A DNA stretch of 64,000 bases from Botryllus schlosseri (lineage: Eukaryota). Below, one piece after another: positions 46,234-60,576 of the stretch (positions are counted from its first letter, which is position 1; the number at the start of each line of letters is the position of its first letter). The stretch spans positions 18,540,001 to 18,604,000 of the forward strand of contig CM119372.1 in NCBI GenBank assembly GCA_051294905.1, given 5' to 3'. The notes beneath the pieces are model-generated. The model had not been told where the DNA came from and searched no databases. It saw only the letters and a program-made list of their open reading frames with translations. The translations under genes and the position numbers were made by a program.

Positions 46234-47516
46234 CACAGGTCTCAAACACGCGGCCCGCGAGATCATGTTGTGCGGCCCGCGTCGGCATTTTGGATTTTGA
46301 AGTATTCGACAATATTTAACTGGTAAAATGTTTGTTTTTTTAGATTTAAGAACTTAAAATTCATCCTAAAACCACTCCGAAAACATGACCTGTTGCTGAA
46401 TCATAACTGAAAATTGTGATTTGGACTTGGGCGCGACCTCGAAATATCAGATTGATATGGGGAATAATGATATTATATCAAAAGGTCGTAGCTTGCGTTG
46501 CGTATTTAGCTAAGTAGGTCGGTATTGGAATGGTAACCATTGGCATTCTGTTTTCGCCTTGATGTATTTTAGTTACATCCTGAATCATCTTTCTTGCGTC
46601 TCTTTATACATATTAGTATCGCCAAAGTGGCGAGTCAGGTATAGGTACCTGACTAGTGGTACCCTCCACCGCTGTAACACCAATGGATTCTTCAGCGATT
46701 GGATATGTCAATTATCATGGCACCTTAATCAATGATACAAGTTGTTATTGATTTGTTCATATTCGAAGGTGTGTTTTTTTGGGGGTATTCCTGCATGAAT
46801 ACCCCAAAATGGTGTTTGTCGCCTACTATGGTCATTTACGCCGGGCCGATATCCTTCTTATTTTCCGTAACTGCCGACTTATAGCACGGCCCACCTCTAG
46901 GCTTTTGTAAGACACCGCTGACGCGGATGAGGTGGCGAGGAGGAGCCTAGGTAAACCTCCAACACTTAGGTATCGGAATTCGGAAGTCGACCTCGGATAT
47001 TCGAAGGTAAATCTAATGTTGATTTAATTTGACTTTGGCAATGACATGATCAAGAACCTAGTTATCAGGAGTATGCCCGGAAACCTGAATTTGGCTGTGC
47101 TGCTCTAATGCTCTGATATCAGATCAATCTTTTTTAAATTCTAAAGTAGTCTACCTATAATTGTGACTCGTCAAATGTCCGCAAGCTGCAAAATTATAAC
47201 GCGACAGCTTTTGCGATGTCATGATGTATTTGTATGATCGCATGGTGTCTATAATTATATATTTTGACAAACTATACAAAGTACAACAACATTTTATTCA
47301 TTATTTAAAAATGTGTTTTCTTTCGTGCCAGGCGTGAATTCACAATAGTAACACACATTTTCACGATGTGTGTGCAATGCCAGTCTGCAAGGTCCCGTCA
47401 AATAAGGCCTACCTGATGGAAATACATTGAATGCCCGTATTATTAGTGCTGCGGCCCGCAGCGCCATCAAAAAACAGAAATTTGGCCCGCGACCACATTT
47501 GAGTTTGAGACCTCTT
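46234..47516. mobile_element. Charlie-like hAT MITE
   Basis: AGGTCTCAAAC termini; TSD GTCTAGGC. An inverted relative lies at 57006-58153. Confidence 0.8.
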
Positions 47517-48288
47517 GTCTAGGCTATACCGGACAATATATTTATTCCCAAGGTGTCAGACTATTTCTACATTGATATTGATCAGAGTACGAAAATAGTT
47601 TCTACACTTGCTACAGATACTATCTCGAAATTAAGTTTTACAATATAGTCAACACCCCAATCGGGCGTATTTTTTGTGGTGCAATAAGCAACTCATCATG
47701 TATAACGGGCCGTATTTTACCAGCAAAAGACGCTGCGAGCCGCAGAACATTATTATTAGGGATGGCGTGAACGTGATGTTGACGTTCGCGTTCTGTGTGT
47801 AAGCCTCATAAATTTAGAGGTTCACGTTTACAAGCGAACCTTGGTAGGTTCTGCACTGTGAACCTTTTTCATATACTACAATTTTCACTTCATTATAACA
47901 TCCTTGGTTGGAATTTATTTCATTTCAACTGCGGGCCACTGTATGCATGGCGATGGCAGCATAAAAAATCAACACTAAACGAGCATGCACCTTGACATCA
48001 AAAATTCTACTTGACTCAAAAATTGTACTAGATTTGTTAAAAAAGTTTGCTCGAATATTTAGTGACTCTCTGCTGTGAGCTTGACCCGCAATCACGCAAC
48101 GTCAAGAACGAAATACACTACATAGAGGTAGTCAGCGAATGATGCTTATTCAGCCAATCAATGAAATTGATATCGTTGCCTGATGTAAAAAGTCTAGCAG
48201 GCGAACGGGGTCAATCTTGATTTCATATGTTTATTGCATCATAAACGCCCAAAATCCGTGCGATGGGGGTGTTGGCTATACTGCTGTA

Positions 48289-51240
48289 CAGTGGCGGCTC
48301 GTGACAATATCGGGTGGTGGGGCAAGGGCCGCAAGCGACTTGTTATCAATATGACGTCACAGTAGCGTTTTTCAACGTTCATGATGGCCACATGAATTTC
48401 CCGTAAACAATGATTTTTAACGTAGGTGCCGCGAGAGGTTTGCCGGTGGCGTGACTTGAAGTGCGGTAACAAATGTTTTATTCATTGTTTTTTTATTCAA
48501 ATGATTATTTTACAAAATGTATGCGAACTAAGAATCGTTCCCATGCCACGAATCAATCATCAGGTTATCCTTAGTAGCATGCGTTATGATTTCGTGGTAG
48601 AGATTACGCAAGCGCCGAGTAAGACTATACCAAAAATACACAGACCAACTACCTACAAAGAGCATTCGCATGACACCTTGTGGTGTTTTAATCGTTCCAT
48701 GCTCAGCAATTCTGTAAAGTGCTGCAGCGCCTCCGACCCGATTTGTATATGGATTCTCGTCCCGAAAGCGAGTCAAATCGATTTGCCCTCGTCCGAAAGT
48801 GTTTGGTACACGATCCTGATGCGTTACGACCAGGGGATAGGCAATCAAAGCGGTGGCACCCATAAACGTAAAACATTATAAAAAGCCAGCTGTTATCCAT
48901 GGAAGATTAATTACGAGTCTGCCTGCCATCATTCAAGCAGGAATCCAAGCATTGTGTTAAATTGAAATGCGAGCACATATCGCATTAAACAATTTCATGA
49001 ATAAATTATTTCATCTTGATGAATTTTTCACTTTTTTCACATCATTTTGAATAGTCTTTGAGGTACCCTTAGCTACTGTCACGGTGTCGAGATGTTCGCG
49101 CAAAATGCTATCCATGGAAGCCGTGTATTTAATTAGATCCAAAAATACCCCCCTATTGAGAGAGCATTCCTTCTCATCGTGGCCTCGAAGGGGCAATTCA
49201 TGAACTCCCATAAATTTAATGGCATCAATCACCCGAGAGAGAACATGCCTATTCTTATCTACAAGTTCATTGTGCTTGCAGACTGATACGCGATAACTTT
49301 CATTGAGCTGCGACATTACATTTACTATGCCAAACAATTTATATTTAACTGCACTAGCCATGTGCACTTGGGATTTTTGGTGCGTTTTCAGACGCTCTGA
49401 CAAATGCTTCAGATCGCGATAACCAATTTTGTTCCAACAAGAGCCACTGCTTCCGGTACCGGCACTGTCGAATAAAAGACAGTAAAAGCAAAACAAGGCG
49501 TTTTTATCCTCGCCATAAGTAAGCCATTCATTTTTATCGAAATGCGCTGAAGAAAAGGCACGAGTGCGCTTTCCTCCGGCGTACGATTGGATCAATGGGC
49601 AATTTCTAGGCTGATACGGACCTAGTCGCTTTACCTCTAATTTTTGCTCTAAAGGCAGCTGGCTAAACGGCGTACGGAGCAAAGATTCAACACGATTCAT
49701 GTTCGCACTTGACCTGACTACTTATCTGCAGAAATGGAAATGACTATAAATCGAGAGATTGCGTATGCCTAACTGGAAAGGTCAACGAGTTCGGACACAT
49801 ACGCAATTGTTATCTCATAGATTGGACAAGGAAATGTCATATTGAATCCAAAACATCATTCTGAAGAACTACGGATAGCAGCCTCGGAAATTCGGTCCCG
49901 GTACAGCTTGGGAGATTCTGGCCTTGAGGCTGGAGACTGTCACACGACACATACGGCTTTCGGTCTATAGTGTCTATATGTCTGCTGCAAAATCGCCTTC
50001 GGAAAATATATTACAGAATAAATACGTGGATGAAAGCCGAAAACTTGGTACACTGTTACATGAAATCATCGAGAAGTATAGCCTCATGACCGTTTTCGGT
50101 ATGGTACACTGTCAAAATTAATACGAACAGATCAACGCCGAATTTTGCGTAATATTTACTGAGGAATCGGCTGATCAAGCGATCAGCTGTTAGCCGCCAT
50201 CGAAAACGAAACAGCTATCGCGCTTGACAGGGGTTGTAATTGTGAGCAAATGGCCCGAAGGCCACCATTCCACGGTGAAATTGACATTGGAGAATATAAA
50301 ATAAAAATAAATATTTGAATGCAAACCAAGGATGTTAGTAAACTGTTTCATGATATCATCATCTCATCACCTATCTCAGTATGGAACACAGATACACCGG
50401 CTTTTGCGTGAAATCCGCAATGCGTTAGGTAGGCTAAGTGTCAGATCAGCGCACATCTCTACCATACTCGAACTTAATAACGAAATTGCTGCCATAATCA
50501 TTGAGTGTCAACCTTGAGACTTGGCACAGCGTTCGATACTAAAATCAAGACATACCATGTAAAAGTTCATGACGGATCTAGCTAAGGAGCATCGTTAAAA
50601 TCAATGGAGACCAATACCGGCTTTGCGTGAAATATGTTTGCGATACATGACCGATCAGCACACACTCGACTTTGGAAACGGAATTACTACCCTAAACTTT
50701 GAGTAGAAACCCTGAAACTTAGGACAGTGTTAAATACCACCATCACGACATGACATACCAAGTTTCAAGAATTATCATGGTGTGAAACACCATCAAAATC
50801 GACCTGTACCAGCAACGGTCGACTCAACGCATATCACGGTATCCGAGTTCAGATATAGATACGATTGTTACATCACACCTTAGGGGCGAGCAAGCATATT
50901 TGCCCCGGTTGCTCGGCCATTTTACGAATAGGAGAGAGTAAAGCAACGTTTCTTAATTGTGCGCAGCTTTGAGAGAATAGATAGTGAAAGCTTGTTATGA
51001 GCGCTACCGGGGCAAGCCCCGGCTAGGCATTCACAAAGCGAAAACACAGAAGAGAATTCGATTTTCGCGGAGACTTCGCTATGTATGGGCATTTGCAAGC
51101 GAAAGCACAAGAAGAACGCGGGTTTCGCTGTGATCTCGATATATATTGAGCGCTGTGCGTCTATAAATGGTTAAATTGTTATTGAACAGAATTTTAGGTG
51201 GGGCAATGCCCCAGTTGCCCTATAGGACGAGCCGCCACTG
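48289..51240 (-). mobile_element. hAT family H1, copy C (retains the transposase N-terminus)
   Basis: Perfect TIR CAGTGGCGGCTCGT; perfect TSD CTGCTGTA. Confidence 0.93.
49011..49700 (-). CDS. Truncated hAT transposase (TTF-type zinc finger plus DUF4371 start, ZMYM1-like), 229 aa
   Basis: Motifs FCFYCLLF, W..GY.DLKH...HQKS..H, LPLRGHDE..S.NRGVFLDL and SKTIQND. Ends before the first catalytic Asp. Confidence 0.85.
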   Translation of the reverse strand: MNRVESLLRTPFSQLPLEQKLEVKRLGPYQPRNCPLIQSYAGGKRTRAFSSAHFDKNEWLTYGEDKNALFCFYCLLFDSAGTGSSGSCWNKIGYRDLKHLSERLKTHQKSQVHMASAVKYKLFGIVNVMSQLNESYRVSVCKHNELVDKNRHVLSRVIDAIKFMGVHELPLRGHDEKECSLNRGVFLDLIKYTASMDSILREHLDTVTVAKGTSKTIQNDVKKVKNSSR

Positions 51241-52565
51241 CTGCTGTATAACTTGGTAATATCTGTAGCAAGTATAGAAACCCGTTCTACACTCTGCTCA
51301 ATATCAACGAAGCAATACTCAGGCGCCGACTACATTGTCTGGTCTGACCTAGACCGTTAAGGCGTAAGCGTATATTTCCTTGCAAGTCCTCGTCGAAATT
51401 GTTGGTAAAGCGATATTGATTTTATGGGATTAATTATTATTATATCATTTAATTGCCCCAGTTGATACATTTGTCGACGTATTAAAAGTCAATATGTACT
51501 TTAGCATTGTGGGATTATGTGGCCCGAGTCGTCGCTAGGTATCGCGTGCGTTAATATAGGCTATCACTTCACTAAAATGTATGGTTGGAATTATCATTAT
51601 GACGTCACGTCATGAGGATCACGTTCGCGTTCACGCAGAACCTTTCAAAGGGTTCGCGTTCACAACATCCCTAATTATTACGATGTATTTGTTGGCTAAT
51701 ATTAAATTTGAGCTACTGTAGCCTATTTACCAGTCGTATATGGGCACTTGATACATTTTTATGGATTCTAAAGCAATATTGGACACTGGACAGCTTTCGT
51801 AAGTTTACAGTTTCTGTTTTTTGTGAGAATATGTATCTCCCAGCGGCGCATTACAGTAGGACTTTTTCGTCAAAGAGGCCATTATCACTTTGAGCTCTCT
51901 GTGATAAGAGAAGTCTGGCGTTTCGGGGTCAGCAATAGTTACTGAAGTCAGCTTTGTCAAGTTGATGTTTTTCGCTGGTCCCCTCCCCACGTTTGCCTTG
52001 CCTGCATTTCCTCTACAAATATGTCCACTCTGATAAAATGAACCCAGATAATTAGCAATGCAACGTCTGTGGGGTCGGTGGATTCGTCCAATGCTATAGG
52101 CTAATGTGGTCTACGCGGCAACGTGTTTCAGTACATGCGATAAAAGATCGACTGGCATTGCTGCTACTCTTCTGGTCACGGTTCATTCAGACCACTCTAG
52201 CTTCGAATTTTGTCAGGTGATGTTGTTCTTGCTGCTAAGTTCCGGAAACGGCGAATATTTGCACAGTATGCTAAAATATTATTGAAATCACAACTTCTCT
52301 ATAGCGGGGTTTAGTAATATTCCAATCAGTCTGTAACGTCGTCGGCAATTTTCAAAATGCCTCGAAATATGGATTGCTCGGCTTGAGACCTAGCTAGCAA
52401 CGTTTTTCAAGATCGGGCGATATGCATACCTCCAAAAGAAACTTTCGATGTATCACTTTGAGCTTCTACGCTTCGTTACGACAATTATTCTTCGACAAAT
52501 GTGCCAAATCGGATTTCCATTTATATCTTAGAAAGCAAAATCATTTTTCACGCTGTGTGTTACAG

Positions 52566-54540
52566 CAGGGCTGTGGAGTCGGTGGAGTCGGAGTTTGGCT
52601 AATCTTCGCTTGATGGAGTCGGAGTCGTGAAAACAGTAGTGGCTGGAGTCGGAGTCGCGGAAAAAATACTGACTGCAGTCGGAGTCGGAGTTTGTGAAAA
52701 TGAGCCTGACTTCGACTCCCACTCCAACTCCAACTTCTTTATCATGAAAAGAATTGCTTTCAAAGGCATCTTTAAATTACTAATAATACCCATATTAGGA
52801 TTTTTATGTACCATCAATCACTGTTATTAGTAAGGATAGAGATTAGGGGCGGCCACACCGTGCCCGCAGGTCAAACTTGACCCGCGAGAATGTTTTGTGT
52901 GGCCTGCGAGGTAATTATCGAAATTAGATATAACATCAGGTAAAATTGCGAGGCCAACCAAAATTTGATTAGCCTGATCGCGAAATTTGATGATGACTAA
53001 AACATCAGTTTCGACGCATTGGCGTAACCAGGGGCCAGCCACATTCACCGCAGATCTTCGTATATGACCATGAAGTAGAATATTTGGTAACAGATTTATT
53101 TGACTTGAAATTTTTCTTAGCACTTCGCATGATTTATTGTCTCATTTCTGGCATTTATTATTGGAACCCCTCCTGGAAATTATAAATACGCGTAATTTAC
53201 AGAATTGAGTCCAGCTATACTCGCAATTAGGAGATAACGTGTCGTCCAACATGTGACTTCGCTTGTGCGCTCGAAGCGAGATCGTCGGCGATGAAAAGTT
53301 TGCACAAAAAGATAGAGGCATGTTCACCGAAAACGTCGATATTACTATGTCTTAAACGCCATATAATTCTGTCCTTGACAAATGAGCCCATTGCTATACT
53401 ACAGAGGCGACCCCCCAATATATGCAAGTAATATATTTATTGACCGAATTCATTCATTACATTTGAAAACATTTCATGTTTCGCGCGACCGGTGCATGAC
53501 TGCACACTGTACAGTTGACACGGAGTTTTCATGACATAATTGTTATCAATTTTAAAGCGTAGTCATATAAGTCTTGTTATCAATGTTACCTAATTCGGTT
53601 CGTTCGTATCGGACGACAAAAAAAAGTTTTCAACATTCACGTTACCCGCGCAATGATTCGTAAATCTCACCTGGTTCGTTGGCCGAAAAGGTTAGCCACC
53701 TCTGACATAGATAGAATTGGACATTATTTGCAAATTACAATTCAGTTGCATAGAGGACGAAAGGAGCAATATCCATCTTCGCGATGCAGTTACAAATTGA
53801 TGCAATTTTTGGAATTATACCATGATACTGTGACGGAGCAAATATATCGTCTGGTGGTAAAATTGATGTAAATATAACTAAACGCTCCTTCCCACTTAAC
53901 AAAATGAAAAATATTTGTAGCGTACCTTAGCTGCTTGGGTCGAACAAATGATTGAGAAAGACTGCAAGTCCTAGTCCTTGAGTACTTGACTCAGTGCATG
54001 TAGACTAGACATATGCTATTTGACTACTTCCTACATTTTGTTTATGACCAATAATGTCTATTAGTAGTGAGTGTGTGTGCTTGTAATCAGCACAGAAAAT
54101 TAGTACGATCCATCTCTCTATTAGTCGCTGACTCATACACAAGAGCAACACTTCGATTGTTTATCTACATTTTAATTATACAGGATGGGATATATGTCGT
54201 GTTTGAATGATTCATAGATATTAAGTTATTAGAGAGTCCGTGTTATAAAAACTGAATAAATATGAAAAGGGGAAGGATATTTAGAAAGGCAATCTTTCAT
54301 GCATGGTGAATAATTCGAGCTGTGCCACAATTCAACAATTTTGCATCCCATCGTTAATCATATGTTTGCATATTTTAATGGTTATACGATAGTCATTTAG
54401 CCGTCACTGTGGCATATAATTTTCGAAGTAAATTGGTAATACTGCCGGAATCGGAGTTGGAGTCGGAGTCGGTAGGTTTAAAGACTCATGAGTCGGAGTC
54501 GGTCCATTGAAAATGTGTGGAGTCGGAGTTGGAGTCGGTG
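52566..54540. mobile_element. hAT-type element with (GGAGTC)n subterminal repeats; right end not seen
   Basis: Starts CAGGGCTGTGGAGTCGG, with a second GGAGTC block at 54447-54540. A nested Charlie-like element lies at ~52844-53704. Confidence 0.65.
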
Positions 54541-55545
54541 GTAAAATAACCTCGACGAGCGAAAAAATACGACACCCGAAGCCTAATAGTCAATTCGGAA
54601 TTGGATCGCTCGCGCTCAGGTACTCGATTTTGCCCAGACCTGACAACTAATGCGCGGGTGCCCGCGCGACAGCAACTTCGTTTGGGAAGCGAGTGGCGCA
54701 GTGTGATGAAAGCGGCGACACCAGTGGAAGCGAATTCGAATGCCGATTCGGGTAAGTTTCTAAATGTACCGGAGGTTTATCTGGGCTCCTCATCCTAACC
54801 TTACTGAGTAATGAGTATGCAGTGTTATATGAAAATTCCAGATGGATCAAGTGAAGCCGAGCTTCGAAATTCGGCAGAAAAGACTCAGGCGAGGACGCAT
54901 TCAAGCTTGAGAGAAACATGGTGACTGCAGGGCGTACCAAAACGCAAAAAGACACGAATGAATATTACAACATTCATTATCATGGCACAAATGACCTGAA
55001 TAGGCGATAAGCACCAAAATTGCCCAAAAAAACTTCTTTTCTTCATTTTGCAATTAGATTTGTCCGACGTAGACCCCTGAATAAAGTGAAGGTATTGTAT
55101 TTGTCCTATCATAGAGAAACTATAATATTGAATTGATAAATGAACGATTCAGCAGAAAATATTTGACATACATTTTAGGATATTAAAAAGCAGTGTCGTT
55201 TGACCGCCAACCTCCAAAAATTGGATATGCCAATATCTTGCCCCCACATAGACTTGTCTGCGCTGACAAAATAATATTGATTCCTACTCTTATGTGAATG
55301 TACAAAATAAGTTGCAGCAATATTGATTAGTAAAATGTGAATTAAGTATCAAATTAAACATTTATCACAGAACCATATCATTTCATCAAAATAGCCACAT
55401 TATGGTGGCACAGAATAGAATTTCGCTACATGAGATTCATCCTGTGCGCCATGTTTTATCTGTTTGTTGATAACGCTCTTGACGCTACTGTGTGCGCTTG
55501 GACAGACCAGCATCTACAAGTCGCAAGACATACTAATGAAATTGA

Positions 55546-55976
55546 CAGGGTTGTAACCAACTCACAAGGCTCCTAGTCACATGTCAATCTCGCCTTTATA
55601 GTTTTGACTCGAGCCAAGTCGATTCATTTTTAATTCACCACCGAGCCAAGTCTGAGTACAAGTCAGCGAGCAAAGGGTCGAGTCCAAGTCAAGGTGTTAT
55701 GACTTGAGTTCGAGTCCAAGTCATTGACTGCTCAGTTTCGAGTTAAAGTCTTGTTAAAACCACTTTTTATAACTCTGTTTGGTGAAATCGAATGGTTCGC
55801 ATTTAAAATATATTAATTTTCCTAATTTTAACAGTTTTGGCCGCATTTTCAAGTACCAGTACCAATAGGCGAAATACCAACCGTGTGGTTACTTTACTAT
55901 TCTTCGAAATTACAATTAAATGTCGGTCTTGGCCGTCTGAGACAGCCGAGTCATGACTGGAGTCAGTGCAACCCTG
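55546..55976. mobile_element. CAGGGTTG-ended hAT MITE (GAGTC repeats)
   Basis: TSD GAAATTGA; homolog at 62167-62758. Confidence 0.85.
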
Positions 55977-56171
55977 GAAATTGAATCGAATTATTGCTGA
56001 GGAGGAGGACTCTGCTGAAATTATTGATGACATAAGTGAACCCGAATACGTACAAAACAGACAACGAACGATGATTATCCATTTTAAACACGTCTGAACT
56101 CTGAATCAAATTAAGTTTTGTTTTAAATGCAACCGAATGTGGTGATGGAGTTCCTTTTCACCACTCTAGGG

Positions 56172-56772
56172 CAGGGGTATCAAACTCAACTTTCGTCGCG
56201 GACCGGATTCATACCTTCAGATCGCGCGCTGGCCGCACCAGGCGAATTAGTCCAAAATATTACCGCAAAATTCATGCCCGTGTTTCTTTCGCGAATGCTT
56301 TATTCTCAAGCCTGTGCGCGTGCTGGTATAGTAATATTACATGATATTGCCGATCTTTGGGGTTGTGTTGCAATAACACCTTTATTCGCAAACAATTGAA
56401 TTGGCTAAGTACAATGATTGGCGGGTTGAGAACAGTTACAAACCGCTAAAATAGTGGGAGGTCTAACGATGATATAAGTTGGCATGTTTCTATGATCCTC
56501 TTCATTTAAAGTCGTAAGCTTGCGTTAGACCTGGGTATGCGTTATGAGGAATACAATTTAACTACAAACGCGGGCGTTGGAATTCGGCTAATCAGTATTA
56601 AATCGCGATTCGGATTTATGTCGATGTCGATTTGCGTTTTAGTTTCTGTGAAGAACATTTGTTGTGAATGAGTTGGATAATACAAGAAATTTTCCACTCT
56701 GCCAATAATTTCTTCGTGGGCCGGATGAAATCGTCTGGCGGTCGGATGCGGGTCGTATGTTCGACACCCCTG
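56172..56772. mobile_element. Charlie-like hAT MITE
   Basis: Termini CAGGGGTATCAAAC...GTTCGACACCCCTG; flanks CTCTAGGG/CATTAGGG. Confidence 0.65.
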
Positions 56773-57005
56773 CATTAGGGTGTTGTATGCTGATTGGTTT
56801 CTGATTACGTTCACATCGTGACTATTCATTTAATTCTGTACTAGTTGGGCGTGGCATTTTCGCTGTAGGCTACTGTACAATGTACATGTTTTAACTCTGT
56901 TTCATTGTCATGTTGTATTCAAATGCAGTAGCTTACTTATATGTTAATAAAAGCCTAAGAACAGATCGTACTGACGTCTATCAAAGGCTACAGCATCCTA
57001 TATAA

Positions 57006-58153
57006 CAGAGGTCTCAAACTCAAATGTGCTCGCGGGCCAGTTTTCCAGTTTTGACGACACCGCGGGCCGCAGCATTTACAGTGGTATTTGGCGGCAATGA
57101 ATTGTCCTATTGAAAGTGATCCAGCAGACTGACAGTAAACACACATCGTCAAAATGTGATTTACTCTTGTATCAGTTTAGGCCTGGAACGAAAAGAATCT
57201 TCACGTTCATAACTATTTGAATAGAATTGTTATTGTACTTGATATATATTAATTATAAGATATAGACATCATATGGGCGGACAAATGTATGATGCAATCA
57301 AAAAGCTATCGGGTTATAATTTTGCAGCTACTATGAATATTTTAAATTTAACAGATTGATAATAGAGACTGATCTGATATCAAAACATTTTTAGGTTGAG
57401 TATTGTAATTCCAATCCAGGATTCGGGTATACTTCTGATAAGTAGGCTATTGATCTCAATGCCAAATATCAAATATAGGAGGAGTAAAAAATATAAATAT
57501 AATTTCAATATAATAATGAATGTGTCCTAGTGATTGAAATGTCGGAACGCCGAACGGCCCATTGTTGTTACATTGTTGGAGCGTACCACTACGGTACTCA
57601 GTACCTTTAAGTGGCCCTAATAACGTGGTTTAGCGACCAAAGATGTAACTAACAGATTGCCAATGTCTGCCATGACTACTTGCTTAGTTAGCGAAATACC
57701 AAGCTGCTACCTTCTGATCTATTACTATCCCACTGATACGCGATTAGTACGTTGCGTCCGTGGTTCTAACAAATTCACGGCATTCCGAGTCCACTCGAGT
57801 CATGTTCATTTTGCCATCGAGTTAGCCCGAGTCCGAGTAATTCTAAGAAAGGTCGCGTCCAAGTCCAACTCCCAAATTTCAGTGACGAATCGTCTAAGGG
57901 TCAGGTTTTTTCATCATGAATTGGAAATGTGGCGAAATAGTGAATCTTCCAGTGCATGGTAGCGTTTGCAATTGATGTGATACTGAAGTTTGATGAATAG
58001 TGTCAGGCTTTTGGAGCAATTTAAGAGGGAATTTTCACTTTATAACCAGAAAAGATATATGTAACACTTATATACTGTCAAATTATTAAAAATCTAAAAT
58101 GTCGTCGCGGGCCGCACAAAATGCTCTGGCGGGCTGCGTGTTTGAGACCTCTG
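57006..58153. mobile_element. Charlie-like hAT MITE
   Basis: TIR CAGAGGTCTCAAAC; perfect TSD CTATATAA. Confidence 0.88.
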
Positions 58154-58480
58154 CTATATAACATTGCTTTACGCCCAGCAATGTCCTTAGTCTCGAGCCA
58201 CCCATGGGAAGGAATATAAACTTATTTCATCTCAGCTTTGAACCTTACGATCGCCCGATCATTCTGCGTAAATATGATCGTCTGAATCAGGACTACGTAG
58301 CTCTTTTTGGTCAGTCAGTAGTCATGCCGATGAGTCGATCAAGAAGACAACAACATAATTTATTCACGACTGCTTCTATTATTACGATGCAAAGCGTGTC
58401 CAAAAAGCATCGCGAATATTGTGGGTGGGCGAAGTGGCCGTCTATCTATAGACAATATTATGTATTTGTTGGAACATCTG

Positions 58481-59119
58481 CTATATATCCCCGAGGTCAG
58501 ATCTTTCACTTTCCCTGTGTTTAAAGCGCTTACTGATGGCAAAAACTTCGGATACGTGAAGAGAAGACTTTCTGCGGATAGACAGCTGAATCTGCTGGTT
58601 GGTTCGGCGATGGGTTTCCGGGATGAAAAATATCCCAAACGGAATATACGCAAAGCATATTACCACAAACGGAACATAGGCATACGCACCAAAAGAAGCG
58701 AACGAATAAGGAAAAACTGTTGAAGTAATCGCACCAATTATCCAAAACATACTGTTAGAGAAGAATACCACAGTAGGACGAGTAGACGATGTGGTAAGCT
58801 CCGTAATTAAACTGTGCAAAGTTAGAATTGGTCCGACCACCATGCCAAACATCATTACAACAATGCCGGCGATTGCAAGGTTGCTCATCCAAGGTGCAGT
58901 TACTTGCAGGGCATTCGCAATTGTGAAACTGAGTACTCCGGCACTTGCTATTACAATACCAAGGACAAAGACGCGCTTAGTACCATGTCTTTTTTCGAGG
59001 AGGTAGAATATCGGGAAGGCAATGATAATTTGACCGTTGAGGGCCATAGTGACAAAGGTGACATACGCTGAATTCACCCCGGCCGTCAGAAGCATCGCGT
59101 TTGAGTACATGGCAATTGC
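58481..59119 (-). CDS. SLC2A/GLUT-like transporter copy 2, last exon (uninterrupted)
   Basis: TTTCAG acceptor; 639 nt open to TAG; reads AIAMYSNAMLLTAG...APWMSNLAIAG...IPETHRR. Confidence 0.92.
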   Translation of the reverse strand, partial: AIAMYSNAMLLTAGVNSAYVTFVTMALNGQIIIAFPIFYLLEKRHGTKRVFVLGIVIASAGVLSFTIANALQVTAPWMSNLAIAGIVVMMFGMVVGPILTLHSLITELTTSSTRPTVVFFSNSMFWIIGAITSTVFPYSFASFGAYAYVPFVVICFAYIPFGIFFIPETHRRTNQQIQLSIRRKSSLHVSEVFAISKRFKHRESERSDLGDI

Positions 59120-59541
59120 CTGAAATGAATGGTGATATAGAAAAGTTATAGCGAAATAAATAAATAAACTATACTCGATGGAAAAATCAAACGGTACCGA
59201 ATCCAAACACTTTCAATAAATATGATCCGCTCCATAACGTCATTTCATTAATTCGAGCAAGCTAGCGCGGTCAGAGAGAGTCAAGACTAGAGGTATGGGA
59301 TGCAATGGTTGTTGACTGTGCACTGTAGGCCTACGGTATACAGGCTAAACGATATAGCTGGATAGATAGATTGTTAAATATTTGATATAAGCTTAGACCT
59401 CGGCTGAGGTGCAACAATTCTGGTGAAAATGGCAACATTGACGTAAAACCAGTTAAGATGGGTATCAAAAATGTCATTGAATTTCCGAGTTCGACCTCAA
59501 GAAGAATGTAACACAACACAAATACACTGACATCATGTTAC

Positions 59542-59871
59542 CTGAGTCCCTCCCAATTGCATAGCATTCATAGCCAGAGCAGCTACCAGAAACTGATATC
59601 GTAAATCGGGTGCTTGAAGTATAGAAAATATGGATATGGATTCTCGTCGGGATTCATCTAGTAGCTCTTGCTTTAGGATAGCGCATTCCGCTGCCACGTC
59701 CGCATCAAACGTTCGAAGCTGCTTCAGGAGGTTCTCGGCCCCCGAGTCATCCTTACGCCGTAGAAGAAATACAGGAGTCTCGGGAATCCAGCGGTACGCG
59801 ATTATATACGGTATCGAAGAAATGCCAGGTAGACTTAACAGCCAGACCCAAAGTCCTGGCTGACCGAGAGC
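59542..59871 (-). CDS. Transporter copy 2, exon 4 (330 nt)
   Basis: TTTTAG acceptor and CAG|GTAACA donor; reads ALGQPGLWVWLL...WIPETP...MQLGGTQ. Confidence 0.9.
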
Positions 59872-60576
59872 CTAAAAGGCAAGTTGCAATTGATATCTCA
59901 ATCAATATTGACCGTACGTAAGTCTACAACTACATTCGTCATTTTCATGACAGCATCATACATATAAGCCAGGCCACGACCAGGTAACCATATTGAGAGG
60001 GAAAGACGGAATGGACCCTATATTATCTTCAGGCCAGCATCGTATAAATAGGCTAGACCAGTGGTTCCCAACCTTTTTCGACTCATCGCCCCCCTTATCA
60101 ATCTCGACACAAATCCCCACCCACCACCCCATATTTACGTATCCGAAAAAAGAACATATATTATAATCGGGAAATATATTAACCTAACTCTGATCGCTGG
60201 TGAATTTACTAAACGGCCATTTTTCCGAGGTGGTAGGTGCTCGGAAAACCGGTTCCCGCGTCTACTTTCTGTCGAGTTGACCTTTGACGCAGATAAGGAA
60301 CCGTGGCTTACCTCCATTATCGCTCCCATTCTGTTTTGAAAATTATAATTTCCTATTCATACTTTCTTTTCTTGCAATTATCTCTCAACTATACATTTTA
60401 TTGGCCAAACTCCGCAGTCACGTTGCTATCTTTTACATTACGATATAAATGGAAGAGCCGCATTCACCATTGTTTGCCCGGAAATGATCGTTAACTACGC
60501 TACCGTGACTAATTATGATCAAGTTCAATGTTGCTCACAATGTTTTACCATTGGTTGATGACCAATTGACCATGCC

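Larger units (their letters stand above)
47757..51673. mobile_element. TAGGGATG-ended hAT MITE hosting H1 copy C
   Basis: Termini TAGGGATG...CATCCCTA; TSD ATTATTAT/ATTATTAC. Homologs lie at 1-493 and, fragmented, at ~43685-47675. Confidence 0.8.

Noticed and set aside
54545..55270. Possible additional DNA transposon fragments (also ~39500-39910)
   Set aside because: I could not identify paired TIRs, a TSD or a second copy within the window.
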